Source: an uncultured Gammaproteobacteria bacterium (GTDB taxonomy: Bacteria > Patescibacteriota > Patescibacteriia > UBA1558 > 2-01-FULL-52-15). From it: DNA of 46,398 nucleotides. Below the pieces are notes generated by a model, which was given only the letters and a program-made list of their open reading frames with translations, was not told where the DNA came from and made no database searches. The stretch covers positions 1 to 46,398 of the forward strand of contig CAYHYG010000005.1 in assembly GCA_964360835.1 (NCBI GenBank). Direction: 5' to 3'. This document shows positions 27,563 to 37,488 of the stretch, in pieces (position 1 is the first letter of the stretch; the number at the start of each line of letters is the position of its first letter). Both the position numbers and the translations under genes were made by a program.

Positions 27563-29854
27563 TTATAATTTTTTAGTTTTAAGCCGCAGAGAATTCATGA
27601 CCACCGAGACGCTACTGCCTGCCATAGCTAGACCGGCGAAGATTGGGCTCAAGGTAATACCCCAAACGGGATAGAGGAGGCCGGCGGCGATCGGTATACC
27701 GATAATATTGTAGATAAAAGCCCAAAACAAATTTTGTTTGATGCCACGCATAGTGAGACGTGATAGCTTGAAAGCTTTGGCAATCTTGGTGATATCGCCA
27801 TGGAGCAAGGTGATACCAGCTGATTCAATAGCCACATCGGTGCCGGTACCCATAGCGATGCCGACATCGGCTTGTGCCAAAGCCGGAGCATCATTGACAC
27901 CGTCACCAGCCATAACCACGATTTCCTCCTTGGCTTGGAGCTCTCTGATTACGCCTAACTTTTCGTCCGGCAATAACTCAGCCCGAACCTCATCGATGCC
28001 AACTTGCTGAGCAATATGATGAGCTGTTGCCTGGTCATCACCAGTCAGCATCATGGTTTTAACCCCAAGCTTGTGAAGATCCTTGATGGCGCTGATAGCC
28101 GTATCCTTTATCATGTCAGCCACAAAAACGATAGCTAGGATTTCTTTTTCATTGGCTAGCAATACGGGAGTCCGGCCTTTGGCGGTTTCTTGTCTCAGGT
28201 CATCAATGTTGACCGCGTGTCCAAGTTCTTTCATGAAGCGTTCATTGCCGGCAAAGTATAGCGTACTATTAATACTACCTTGCACCCCTTTTCCTTTCAC
28301 TGCCAAGAACGAGGTTACGCTTTGTAGCTTGATTTTCTGTTCAGTCGCCTGATTGACAATGGCTTGGGCAATAGGATGTTCTGACTGAGTTTCTAAGGAG
28401 GCTAGGAGAGAAACTATCTGTTCTCGGCTCAAAGTTGAAGTATTTTTGATTTCTACCAGTTCCGGCTTGCCTTTGGTAATAGTTCCCGTTTTATCAAAAA
28501 CGATTGTTGTGGCTGAGTGTAGTTTTTCTAACGTCGCCGCATCTTTGATTAAGATACCTTCTCCGGCACCTTTACCGACACCCACGATGATAGCCGTGGG
28601 AGTAGCCAGACCTAGGGCGCAGGGGCAGGCAATAACCAGAATACCGACAAATGAGGATAGGCCAAAGGATAAGGCCTGATCAAGTCCGATCACAGGCGTA
28701 CCAATGATTAACCATAGGCCTAAAGTGATTGCAGATAGTGCCAGCACGATCGGTACGAAAACAGAGGAAATCTTGTCTGCCAGATTTTGAATCGGAGCTT
28801 TACTGCCTTGAGCTTCACTCACCATAGCGATAATGTGAGCCAACATTGTCTCTGAGCCAACCTTGGTAGCACGGAAGCGGAAACTGCCGGTCGTATTGAT
28901 AGTGCCGGCGACCACCAGATCATCAGATTTTTTCTCCACTGGCACTGGTTCACCACTAATCATCGATTCGTCCACATAAGACGATCCTTCAACCACGACA
29001 CCGTCAACAGGAATTTTGCTTCCCGGTTTGATGATAATTATGGCGTCGTGCATGACACTGCTAATAGGAATTTCAATTTCCGAATTATTACGCCATACGA
29101 GAGCGGTTTTGGCTTGTAGTTCCAGCAATTTTTGGATAGCTTCACCAGTTTTTAGTTTAGCTCGCTGCTCGAGGAATTTCCCCAAGGTAATAAAGGTGAT
29201 GACTACGATGGTCACATCGTAGTAGGTAAAACTGACATTGAGACGAGAAGCTAGTTGCTCTTCAAAGGCGCTGATAATAAAACTGTAGAGAAAAGCCGTT
29301 AGCGTACCCAGACCAATAAGAGTATCCATGTTGGCGCGTCCGTAGCGGATGAATCGGTATAATCCCAAGAGATAAGGTTGGCCTACCGCAAAGAGAATGT
29401 AGGTAGCCATGATTGGTAGGAGGTGGTGGATAAATTCTTCTAGTGGTTTGCTCATTTCAGGTAACCAGCCAGAAGAAACACTAATCTCCCAGGCCATAAT
29501 GGTGGCACTGATAATGGACATAGGTATAGCTGCCCAGAGATGATGGGATAGTTTTTTTAATTCTGCTAGTTTGTCATCACGAGTTTGGTTCAATCCTAGA
29601 TGTGCGGCATGCTCATTCTCGCTCATATCCATTTCGGTTGCAGATGGTAGCTTCAATGAGTAACCAAAAGGCTTAATTTTTTCTGACAAAGCTTCAGGAC
29701 TGATTTTTGTATGATCAAAATCAACTGAAGCTGTCTCAGTACCATAGTTAATAGCCACTGATGCTACGCCGGCAGTTTTTTTGAAAGTTTTTTCAATTGT
29801 TATTGCGCAGGAGGCACAATGCATACCCTGAATTTGATATGTCTCTTTAGCCAT
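27563..29854 (-). CDS. copA: Copper-translocating P1B-type ATPase
   Basis: GMHCASC, CPCALGLATP, DKTGT, SEHP, GDGVNDAPALA, YN and MxxSS TM motifs. Confidence 0.96.
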   Translation of the reverse strand: MAKETYQIQGMHCASCAITIEKTFKKTAGVASVAINYGTETASVDFDHTKISPEALSEKIKPFGYSLKLPSATEMDMSENEHAAHLGLNQTRDDKLAELKKLSHHLWAAIPMSIISATIMAWEISVSSGWLPEMSKPLEEFIHHLLPIMATYILFAVGQPYLLGLYRFIRYGRANMDTLIGLGTLTAFLYSFIISAFEEQLASRLNVSFTYYDVTIVVITFITLGKFLEQRAKLKTGEAIQKLLELQAKTALVWRNNSEIEIPISSVMHDAIIIIKPGSKIPVDGVVVEGSSYVDESMISGEPVPVEKKSDDLVVAGTINTTGSFRFRATKVGSETMLAHIIAMVSEAQGSKAPIQNLADKISSVFVPIVLALSAITLGLWLIIGTPVIGLDQALSFGLSSFVGILVIACPCALGLATPTAIIVGVGKGAGEGILIKDAATLEKLHSATTIVFDKTGTITKGKPELVEIKNTSTLSREQIVSLLASLETQSEHPIAQAIVNQATEQKIKLQSVTSFLAVKGKGVQGSINSTLYFAGNERFMKELGHAVNIDDLRQETAKGRTPVLLANEKEILAIVFVADMIKDTAISAIKDLHKLGVKTMMLTGDDQATAHHIAQQVGIDEVRAELLPDEKLGVIRELQAKEEIVVMAGDGVNDAPALAQADVGIAMGTGTDVAIESAGITLLHGDITKIAKAFKLSRLTMRGIKQNLFWAFIYNIIGIPIAAGLLYPVWGITLSPIFAGLAMAGSSVSVVMNSLRLKTKKL

Positions 29855-29855
29855 A

Positions 29856-30119
29856 TTATTTACGTTTTAATTTATAAACTTTGAGCATTTCTTTGACGGC
29901 CGTAGCGGTATCGCCTTGCTTCACTTGTTTGACCACGCAACTACTTAAATGTTGTTCCAGTAGGGAGTCTTCGATATTGGACAAGGCCTGCTTAGCGGCA
30001 GATGTCTGGGTAATAATATCGATACAATAGGTGCCCTCTTGTATCATATGTTGTAGACCACGGATCTGGCCTTCAATAATCTTGAGACGGCGGATCAATG
30101 GCTGAGATGAATGTTTCAT
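29856..30119 (-). CDS. csoR: CsoR/RcnR-family metal-sensing repressor
   Basis: RRLKIIEGQIRG, YCIDIITQ, HLSSC (Cys-His-Cys ligands). Confidence 0.93.
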   Translation of the reverse strand: MKHSSQPLIRRLKIIEGQIRGLQHMIQEGTYCIDIITQTSAAKQALSNIEDSLLEQHLSSCVVKQVKQGDTATAVKEMLKVYKLKRK

Positions 30120-30125
30120 GGAATC

Positions 30126-30153
30126 ATTATACCCCCTAGGGGGTATCTGTCAA
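30126..30153 (-). promoter_or_regulatory. Sigma70 promoter with CsoR operator in the spacer
   Basis: Minus strand TTGACA-16 nt-TATAAT-6 nt-ATG; perfect palindrome ATACCCCCTAGGGGGTAT at 30129-30146. Confidence 0.9.
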
Positions 30154-30304
30154 TAGTGGTTTCGCAGTATCATATAGCTGTTATTTTTTGGCGAAGCGAA
30201 TAAAGTGACCAGAGACAGAAGGGCCGCTTAGTGTTATCCTTAATGTAAGGGGTCATGGCCTACCCCGTCATAGTATAGGCTTTCTAATTCTTTAAAATAA
30301 ATGT

Positions 30305-30736
30305 ATGGCAATTGAAATTCCTCGTCAGGAATCAGTATTACCCCCGGATTCTACGGGTAGCCCCACTATTGGCGCTAAGCCAGTTAACGCCGAAGCTGTG
30401 GTCGGTCCTATCCGCCGCCGTTTTCGTGGTTCACAAATAATCTGGTATGTTTTGGGCTTTATTGAAATTATTTTGGCTTTGCGTTTTTTCTTGCTTTTCA
30501 TCGGAGCCAATGTGAGTGCCGGTTTTACCCAATTTATCTATACCATTTCCGGCCCTGTAGCCAATCCCTTCATGAACGTTGTTGGCTCAGCTCGTATCGA
30601 AAGAAGTGTCTTTGACTGGTCAATTCTCCTGGCTATGGCCATCTATGCCTTGGTGGCCTGGGGAGCCATCAAACTCTTGGTCATGAGCAAGCCAGTGTCT
30701 GATGGAGAGGCCCATGATAAGTTGGACAGCCAATAG
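30305..30736 (+). CDS. YggT-like membrane protein
   Basis: IIWYVLGFIEIILALRFFL..GAN..GFTQFIY.ISGP..NPF, LLAMAIYAL. Confidence 0.75.
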   Translation: MAIEIPRQESVLPPDSTGSPTIGAKPVNAEAVVGPIRRRFRGSQIIWYVLGFIEIILALRFFLLFIGANVSAGFTQFIYTISGPVANPFMNVVGSARIERSVFDWSILLAMAIYALVAWGAIKLLVMSKPVSDGEAHDKLDSQ

Positions 30737-31222
30737 GAGAAAGTTAAACGTCAAAAGGCAAAGTTCAAAATTACAACTCAAAATTTAAATTTGGAATTTT
30801 TAAGAGGCGAGCAGTCCTGACGTGATGTCAGCTTGTTCTCCTCTTTTTGGGATGCTGGCTTTGGATTCGTTGAAGCCGATGGGGATTAGCTACTCTAATG
30901 TACTCTCCAGGATACCAGATCCTAGCTTCCTGGGAGGGCACAGCACACATAGTCTCATAGCTAACCCTTTGCATACATTGACAATACAGTTTTACATTTA
31001 TGCCATCTAACGTTTGCGGATATGAGAAGTTGCTGCCTTGTTCCGACGGTACAATATTACCACCGCCGGAATGAAGCAGTAATTTGGAAGGAGGAAATCG
31101 GGTTTGGGTATATTATGTATTGACAAAATCGCAAATCTAGCGCAGGGTAATTTTGTGCTATTCGTTGACAGTGCGACTCGTCGACTTCTCAGAGGAGCTG
31201 GTCGGTTTTCTAAGGAGGATGT

Positions 31223-31720
31223 ATGGAAACCATTCGGGCATTGGTTGCTGAAGCAGAAAAGCAGCGGGCAGCGGTTAAAAGGTTGATGTCAGAGCTGCAA
31301 GCAGAGCAACCGGAATTTCAACATCTCTTTCAGCTAGCGACTGAGACACGGACCTTGGTCATTGCTATTCGGAAGGATATAGCTCAAATGCTACTTGAAA
31401 TGGCGTCCGCAATGAACATCCATCAAGTAGGGGGAGCTGTACTTCATCTCGATCGTCCGGAATACACATTACTTCTACACCCTCAGTGCATTGAGAGTGT
31501 ACAGAAGACCGTAACTGTGGAGGGACTGGCGAACGACAGTTACTGGGAATGTGTCGTGGGGAACTTGATCACAGACATACGAAACGAAGTTCTCCACGTT
31601 GGAACGATGCAAACTGAGGTTGCAAGGGAGCTCGGACGAATTCTAGAGTTACAGAAGCAACTTCAGGGGATCAGAGAGGTAAAACTTGGACCTAGTGCTG
31701 AACCTTCACGATCATCGTGA
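31223..31720 (+). CDS. Hypothetical coiled-coil protein (ORFan cassette)
   Basis: TTGACA at 31120, SD TAAGGAGG, terminator at 31725-31763. Confidence 0.8.
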   Translation: METIRALVAEAEKQRAAVKRLMSELQAEQPEFQHLFQLATETRTLVIAIRKDIAQMLLEMASAMNIHQVGGAVLHLDRPEYTLLLHPQCIESVQKTVTVEGLANDSYWECVVGNLITDIRNEVLHVGTMQTEVARELGRILELQKQLQGIREVKLGPSAEPSRSS

Positions 31721-31724
31721 TCGT

Positions 31725-31763
31725 AACCCCCGCAAGGACATCTATGCCTTCCGGGGGTTTTTT
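31725..31763 (+). terminator. Intrinsic terminator
   Basis: AACCCCCG-C-AAGG...CCTT-C-CGGGGGTT plus T-tract. Confidence 0.8.
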
Positions 31764-31949
31764 ATTTGAATATTCGGAACCAAACCCGATTTCCTCTGTC
31801 TCATATCCGTTGTTGTACGCCATTCGCCCGTCTTTCTATAAAGCAAATTCCCTTTTTAAAAATAGCAGGAGAAATTTATATATTAAAAGACCCGGGGCTC
31901 GTTTCGCAAGACTGTAGTCTTGGAATTGAGCGCACCCGGGTAAAGGCCC

Positions 31950-32066
31950 TTATCCGATGATGGCGTAACCCAACACCAGAAGAAAGGCCACGAGGGTAAA
32001 CAGGACTGCCTTACCCCCGTTCTTCACGATGACGAACAACATGCAATCGATCAGAGCACCTTTCAT
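31950..32066 (-). CDS. 38-aa hydrophobic peptide (not in ORF track)
   Basis: SD GAAAGGA; MKGALIDCMLFVIVKNGGKAVLFTLVAFLLVLGYAIIG*. Confidence 0.55.
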   Translation of the reverse strand: MKGALIDCMLFVIVKNGGKAVLFTLVAFLLVLGYAIIG

Positions 32067-32092
32067 GACAGTATTCCTTTCGGAAGATAGAG

Positions 32093-32287
32093 TTAGTTGC
32101 GTGTGGTGAGCTTAGCCGCGAGGAACGCACTACCGAAGAGATTGATGGCGATACCCGTCATGAACCCCGTGATGAAGAGGGCGTCTCTGAGCAGATTGCC
32201 ATTCGACCGGAAGTTGTCCGCCACCAAGCATTCGAGCGCACCGACGGTTATGAACAGACTGAGGAAAATAACGATGGTCTTATTCAT
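32093..32287 (-). CDS. 64-aa two-TM small protein
   Basis: SD AAGGGAG; minus-strand promoter TTGACA(32402)-17-TATTAT; two hydrophobic segments. Confidence 0.65.
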   Translation of the reverse strand: MNKTIVIFLSLFITVGALECLVADNFRSNGNLLRDALFITGFMTGIAINLFGSAFLAAKLTTRN

Positions 32288-32474
32288 GACTTCTCCCTTG
32301 TTGAGGTTTTGGCGCTATTTAAAGGCCTGTGTTTCAGAAAAACTGTCAAAGTTAATGTACTGTATATATCTATATAATAACATATTATCTTTATATTGTC
32401 AAGTGATAACATTATTATTACCTAATATTAGCCATTTATCCTGCTTTCTAAAAAATAAATATATACTTGATTTA

Positions 32475-32895
32475 AAGAATGGGCGAACAGCACACAACAC
32501 CGAGTATGCGGTTCGCCTGCTTGTAGTCTGTTCATTGGTTTGAGTTTTTGAAAATAAACCTCTTTTAATACACTGCTCAGGCATGCTTCAAGGAGGCAGT
32601 CTCTCCTACATTCCCTCCTTACACTACTGGTGGGGCGCGCGAAGCTATCCTTGCGTCAGCTTCTTTGGCGCGCTATCCTACCAGTAGTGTCGCGTCGGGA
32701 ACGTCGCATACGCTGGCCAGTTAGACGATGCGAAGCAAGCGGAATTTCGTCTAACTGACAGATTCCGATCACCTGACCGAAAGAATGACGTGCTCATTGG
32801 AAAGGCTTTTCAGTAGGGGAATTTTTCCTTCTCTTGACTCAGTCGCCAGTCTTGGCCTGCGTCTTCATGTTGTCTCCTTGGTGGAAGTAGTTAGC
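32475..32895 (-). ncRNA. Candidate structured non-coding RNA (unassigned)
   Basis: GC-rich intergenic tract with perfect 11-bp stems (32621-32690, 32718-32757), upstream TTGACA-17-TAGGGT and a downstream hairpin. Confidence 0.4.
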
Positions 32896-33036
32896 TAGAA
32901 CCCTATATTTGAAAGCAAAAAATGTCAATATTGAAGCTAAGACTAGACAGGAGGAAGATTTTCAGGTATAGTTTTGCTGGTTAAAGATACTGGTTAGTAT
33001 AACTTTTCTTGGGCCTGAGACAGGCCTTTTATATAT

Positions 33037-34839
33037 ATGTCCGAACAAATCCGTAACATAGCTATTATTGCTCACGTTGACCATGGTAAGACTACCTTAG
33101 TTGATGCGCTTTTACGTCAATCAGAAAAGTTTACCACTAAGGTTCAGGATGATTTGATTATGGACTCCAATGAATTGGAGCGAGAGCGTGGTATTACAAT
33201 ATTCTCCAAGAATGCGGCTGTAGCTTACAAAGGGTACAAGATTAACATTGTTGATACTCCGGGGCATGCTGATTTCGGTGGAGAAGTAGAACGCATTATG
33301 AGTTTGGTTGATGGTGTTCTTTTGCTTGTTGATGCCAAAGATGGTCCTATGCCTCAGACAAAATTTGTCTTGAGCAAAGCCTTGCAGGCAGGCCATAAGG
33401 TTATCGTTGTTATTAACAAGATTGATTTACCGGAAGCACGAGCACAGTGGGTATTAAATCAGACTTTTGATTTATTCGTAGAGCTCGGAGCCACTGATGC
33501 GCAAGTGGAGTTTCCTGTTATTTATGCTTCAGCAGTAGCTGGTAAAGCGGGTTTGGAACCCCATATGGACAAAATGACTGATGTTCAGCCAGTTTTCGAT
33601 GCCGTAATTGAGCATATCCCAGCACCTCACGTGGTGGAAGGTTCAATGCAGATGTTAGTTGTAAATATCGCCTATGATAGTTTCAAAGGGCAGATTGCTA
33701 TCGGCCGCTTGTTAAGCGGCAGTCTGGTCAAAGGACAGACGGTGGCTTTACTGAAACCTGATGGCACAAAGGTGCAGAACAAGATTACAGCTGTCATGAT
33801 TTTTGACGGTCTTAGTCGTCGTGAAGTTGATCAGACTGACGCCGGCGATGTCATCGCTGTAGCCGGAGTAGAGAATATTCGTATCGGTGATACTATCGCT
33901 GATGCCCAAGACCCTCGACCGTTGCCAGCGATTGTGATTGAAGAACCGACGGTTAAAATGAATTTTGCCGTTAACAACTCTCCTTTTTACGGTCAGGAAG
34001 GAACGTTTCAAACCGCGCGACATTTGAAGGAACGCTTGATGAGAGAACTGCTCAATGATGTAGCTTTGCGGGTGGAACCGTCAGAAGACACTGATTCAGC
34101 TTTCACCGTCTCAGGACGTGGTGAGTTGCATTTGTCTATCCTGATTGAAAAAATGCGTCGCGAAGGTTTTGAGTTTCAGGTTTCCAAGCCTCAAGTAATT
34201 TTCAAAGAAGTAGATGGTCAAAAGATGGAGCCATTCGAGGAAGTATTCATCGAAGCTCCAGAGAACGCCAGCGGCACCGTTATAGAAAAAATGAGCAAGC
34301 GTAAAGGTTTGATGAAAAATATGAAGGTTGATCGTAGCCAAGCGCATTTGCACTTCGTGGTGCCCACCCGTGGTCTCATTGGCTATCGTTCGGAATTTTT
34401 GACCGATACCAAGGGTCAGGGTATTATTAACACCTTGTTTCACGGCTATGAAGCGTATAGTGGCGATCTGGAATCAACTAACAAAGGTTCCTTGATTGCC
34501 TTTGAAACTGGAACTAGTAATCTCTACGGATTGCTAGGGGCGCAGGAGCGGGGACAATTATTTATCGGACCGGCAGTCAAGGTTTACGAAGGTATGATTG
34601 TTGGCAAAAATTCCCGCTCGGAAGATCTTGAAGTCAATGTATGCAAAACCAAGCAATTATCCAATATGCGTTCTAAAGGGGACGGTAAAGCTGACCATTT
34701 TGATACACCGCTCAGTCTGAGTCTGGAAGAAGCCATAGAATACATCGGTGATGATGAATTATTGGAAGTAACTCCACAGAGTTTGCGTCTGCGCAAGACT
34801 ATCCTGAACTCTCTCCAACGAAAACGTCAGAAATCTTAG
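33037..34839 (+). CDS. typA: Translational GTPase TypA/BipA
   Basis: [50 protein letters not shown]. Confidence 0.98.
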   Translation: MSEQIRNIAIIAHVDHGKTTLVDALLRQSEKFTTKVQDDLIMDSNELERERGITIFSKNAAVAYKGYKINIVDTPGHADFGGEVERIMSLVDGVLLLVDAKDGPMPQTKFVLSKALQAGHKVIVVINKIDLPEARAQWVLNQTFDLFVELGATDAQVEFPVIYASAVAGKAGLEPHMDKMTDVQPVFDAVIEHIPAPHVVEGSMQMLVVNIAYDSFKGQIAIGRLLSGSLVKGQTVALLKPDGTKVQNKITAVMIFDGLSRREVDQTDAGDVIAVAGVENIRIGDTIADAQDPRPLPAIVIEEPTVKMNFAVNNSPFYGQEGTFQTARHLKERLMRELLNDVALRVEPSEDTDSAFTVSGRGELHLSILIEKMRREGFEFQVSKPQVIFKEVDGQKMEPFEEVFIEAPENASGTVIEKMSKRKGLMKNMKVDRSQAHLHFVVPTRGLIGYRSEFLTDTKGQGIINTLFHGYEAYSGDLESTNKGSLIAFETGTSNLYGLLGAQERGQLFIGPAVKVYEGMIVGKNSRSEDLEVNVCKTKQLSNMRSKGDGKADHFDTPLSLSLEEAIEYIGDDELLEVTPQSLRLRKTILNSLQRKRQKS

Positions 34840-34944
34840 GCTGAATGCCATAGAATGGTGTTTGGTTTATTTTTCAGTCTTGAAATTTTCGTCAGGATCT
34901 GTATACTGACTGTCTATTTTTATTTTTCTCTAAACCTGTATTCT

Positions 34945-35961
34945 ATGCGTACCAAAATTATCGTCACTATCGGGCCCAGCTCTGATAACTTAGCTACGCT
35001 GAAAAAATTTGTCGGCCTTGGCGTGGATATTTTTCGCATGAATTTTTCTCATTGTACCTACGCTGAATATAAACAGCGCGCTGTTATCATTCGTGCCGAA
35101 GCCAAACGTCTGAAACGTAAAGTAGCTATTATGCTGGACCTCAAGGGACCACGTTTACGTGTGGGTACTATGCCCAAAGCCGGTGTTCGCATCCGACATA
35201 ATGAGGAAATTATTTTTACCACTAATGGTGGCGGTAAAGGCGGAGCTATTCATATCGAGGATCCATATCTGCATCTCGATATTAAGGTTGGTGATCCCAT
35301 TTTTTTGGCTAACGGCTTGATGGAAATGGAGGTGACCAAAATTGTCGGAGAATATATTCACGCTCACGTTATCCGTGGAGGTCGATTGTTTAGTAATAAA
35401 GCTGTCAATGTGCCGCGTACCAAATTGACTACCTCTGGACTGACGCAAAAAGATATTGATGACGTGAAGTTTGGCTTACAGCAGAAAGTTGAGTATATTG
35501 CTTTGTCGTTTGTACAAACGCCTGAAGATGTAGAAAAGTTGCGTGCCTTAGTCGGTAAAAAAGCTAAAATTATTAGTAAGATTGAACGTGGTATCACATT
35601 GAAACACATTGATCAGATTATAACCGCTTCTGATGGCATTATGATAGCTTGAGGTGATTTAGGAGCAGAGCTTCCAATGGAACAGGTGCCATTTGTTCAG
35701 AAAAATTTGATTCGTCACGCCATATGGCACGCCAAACCGTCGATTACAGCTACCCAGATGTTGTACTCTATGGTTGATCATGAGGGTCCGACGCGGGCTG
35801 AAGTTTCTGACGTGGCTAACGCGATTTTAGATGGGACTGATGCGGTCATGTTGTCTGACGAGACAGCTTCAGGACAGTATCCGGTCCAAGCGGTCGAAAT
35901 GTTGCAGAGGATTGTCAGACAGACTGAGAGTTATCATTACGATAAGCAGAACTTGCTTTAA
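34945..35961 (+). pseudogene. pyk: Pyruvate kinase interrupted by one in-frame TGA at 35650-35652
   Basis: [58 protein letters not shown]; same frame on both sides of the stop. Confidence 0.9.
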
Positions 35962-36018
35962 ATTAAACATTTTGCGCTAGAATTATACTAAAAAAAATGG
36001 TATAATTTTTTTATCTTT

Positions 36019-36720
36019 ATGACAAAAAAGTTAAGGAAAAGCTTAGGTTTTACATTAATTGAACTGCTACTTGTTATCTCAATTATATCTATCTTGTCTG
36101 GTATAACGATAGCTAATATTCGTCTTTCTCAGGTGCGCTCTCAAGATTCTCGTCGACAGAATGATGTGGGTACCATTGTAAAGGCAATACAAACTTATTA
36201 TTTGGAACACGGAGATTGGCCTCGTATGACAGCCAGTCAAGCTAGTTCAAATGATAATATCATGTGTGTCAGTATACCACCGGCGCCGCCGCAGACAGTT
36301 ATTTATTGCGATTACTCAAATGGTATAACTACGTGTGATTCACGAAGGGCGTGTCTTTGCCAGAATGTAGACGGAACGCCCGTGACAAAAAACTGGTTTC
36401 CTCCACTGGATGGAGGTAAATTCCCTAATGGTAATTATTTTAAGGCTGGTCATGCTCCCATTGACCCATTGCATGAACGTGACTGTGCGCAAACAGCCTT
36501 TGCCCAATTCCACTATGTATATCAGGCACGGCATGATGAGAATACAGGCGAAACAATTTTTTCCCTAAGATATGTGCTTGATAGGTTTTCAGAGGCAGCG
36601 CCGGGTGCACCAGCAACAAATGGAAGTTGTGATAGTTCTGGAGAATGTGAGTATGGTTTTCATGGCGATTCCCAAGGCAACGTTATTCCTTTGCATATTG
36701 ATAATATTTCAGTTTTTTAA
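36019..36720 (+). CDS. Type IV pilin / T2SS pseudopilin-like protein
   Basis: Prepilin cleavage/N-methylation motif G|FTLIELLLVISII, DSRRQND, Cys-rich C-terminus. Confidence 0.9.
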   Translation: MTKKLRKSLGFTLIELLLVISIISILSGITIANIRLSQVRSQDSRRQNDVGTIVKAIQTYYLEHGDWPRMTASQASSNDNIMCVSIPPAPPQTVIYCDYSNGITTCDSRRACLCQNVDGTPVTKNWFPPLDGGKFPNGNYFKAGHAPIDPLHERDCAQTAFAQFHYVYQARHDENTGETIFSLRYVLDRFSEAAPGAPATNGSCDSSGECEYGFHGDSQGNVIPLHIDNISVF

Positions 36721-36723
36721 TTT

Positions 36724-37488
36724 ATGGCACGTATTATATCAGTCGTGAATCAAAAAGGCGGCGTAGGTAAGACCACGACCGCAATCAACTTAGCTGCCTA
36801 TCTGGCTGATCTGGGTAAGAGAATCTTGGTCGTGGACATGGACCCACAGGGCAACGCCACTTCAGGTTTTGGTTTACGTCCCAATGAATTGTCCCAAGGC
36901 ATTTATGAAGTCTTGGTCCAGGAGCCATTGGCTCTAACCGACGTGGTCAAGGTTATCAGAGATAATCTGCATATTGCGCCGTCCACTCCCAATCTAGCCG
37001 GAGCGGCAGTGGAGCTGGTGCAGCACCCGACACGAGAATATGTCTTGCAACAGAATCTCAAAGCAGTGTTGCCTTACTACGATTTTATTTTAATAGATAA
37101 TCCGCCGTCACTAGGACTCCTGACTATCAATGGTATGGTGGCCTGTCATGAAGTTCTGATACCGGTACAATGTGAATATTATGCCTTGGAAGGACTAGGG
37201 CAATTGTTGCATACTATACAGTTGATCAAGAACGCGCTGAATCCTGATATTCAAGTCTTGGGAGCTGTCATGACGATGTTTGACAGCCGCAATAAATTAT
37301 CAGAGGAAGTTTTCCATGAACTGTATCAATATTTTCCCAATAAAATATTTCGTTCGGTGATTCCACGTAATGTCAGATTAGCGGAAGCGCCATCACACGG
37401 CTTAACTATTAAAGAATATGACAATAGCTCACGTGGCGGCCACGCCTATCGTCAATTAGCGGAGGAAATCGTACAAGCATATGCTTAA
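36724..37488 (+). CDS. parA: ParA/Soj ATPase
   Basis: NQKGGVGKTTT, DMDPQGNAT, DNPPSLG, PVQCEYYALEG, IPRNVRLAEAPSHG. Confidence 0.97.
   Translation: MARIISVVNQKGGVGKTTTAINLAAYLADLGKRILVVDMDPQGNATSGFGLRPNELSQGIYEVLVQEPLALTDVVKVIRDNLHIAPSTPNLAGAAVELVQHPTREYVLQQNLKAVLPYYDFILIDNPPSLGLLTINGMVACHEVLIPVQCEYYALEGLGQLLHTIQLIKNALNPDIQVLGAVMTMFDSRNKLSEEVFHELYQYFPNKIFRSVIPRNVRLAEAPSHGLTIKEYDNSSRGGHAYRQLAEEIVQAYA

Larger units (their letters stand above)
31005..31818. mobile_element. attC-like palindromic arms enclosing a complete gene cassette
   Basis: Left ATCTAAC..CGGATATGAGA (31005-31027) and GAGGAAATCGGGTTTGG (31091-31107); right CCAAACCCGATTTCCTC (31780-31796) and TCTCATATCCG..GTTGTAC (31799-31818). 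Confidence 0.6.

Noticed and set aside
27094-29222. Antisense ORFs within copA and similar ones within recG, typA, rel, topA and dnaG
   Set aside because: Opposite-strand or off-frame shadows of well-supported genes
31005-31818. A canonical integron
   Set aside because: No tyrosine integrase and no tandem attC array in the window; only one split attC-like structure
32475-32895. Retron msr/msd, RNase P, tmRNA or SRP identity for the structured tract
   Set aside because: No reverse transcriptase in the window; no GAGGAAAGTCC, tRNA-like ends or SRP loop motif found
35650-35652. Alternative genetic code (TGA = Gly or Trp) to explain the pyk stop
   Set aside because: The conserved residue is Arg; no other long conserved gene here has an in-frame TGA, and TGA acts as a true stop elsewhere (for example 3244-3246 and 13354-13356)
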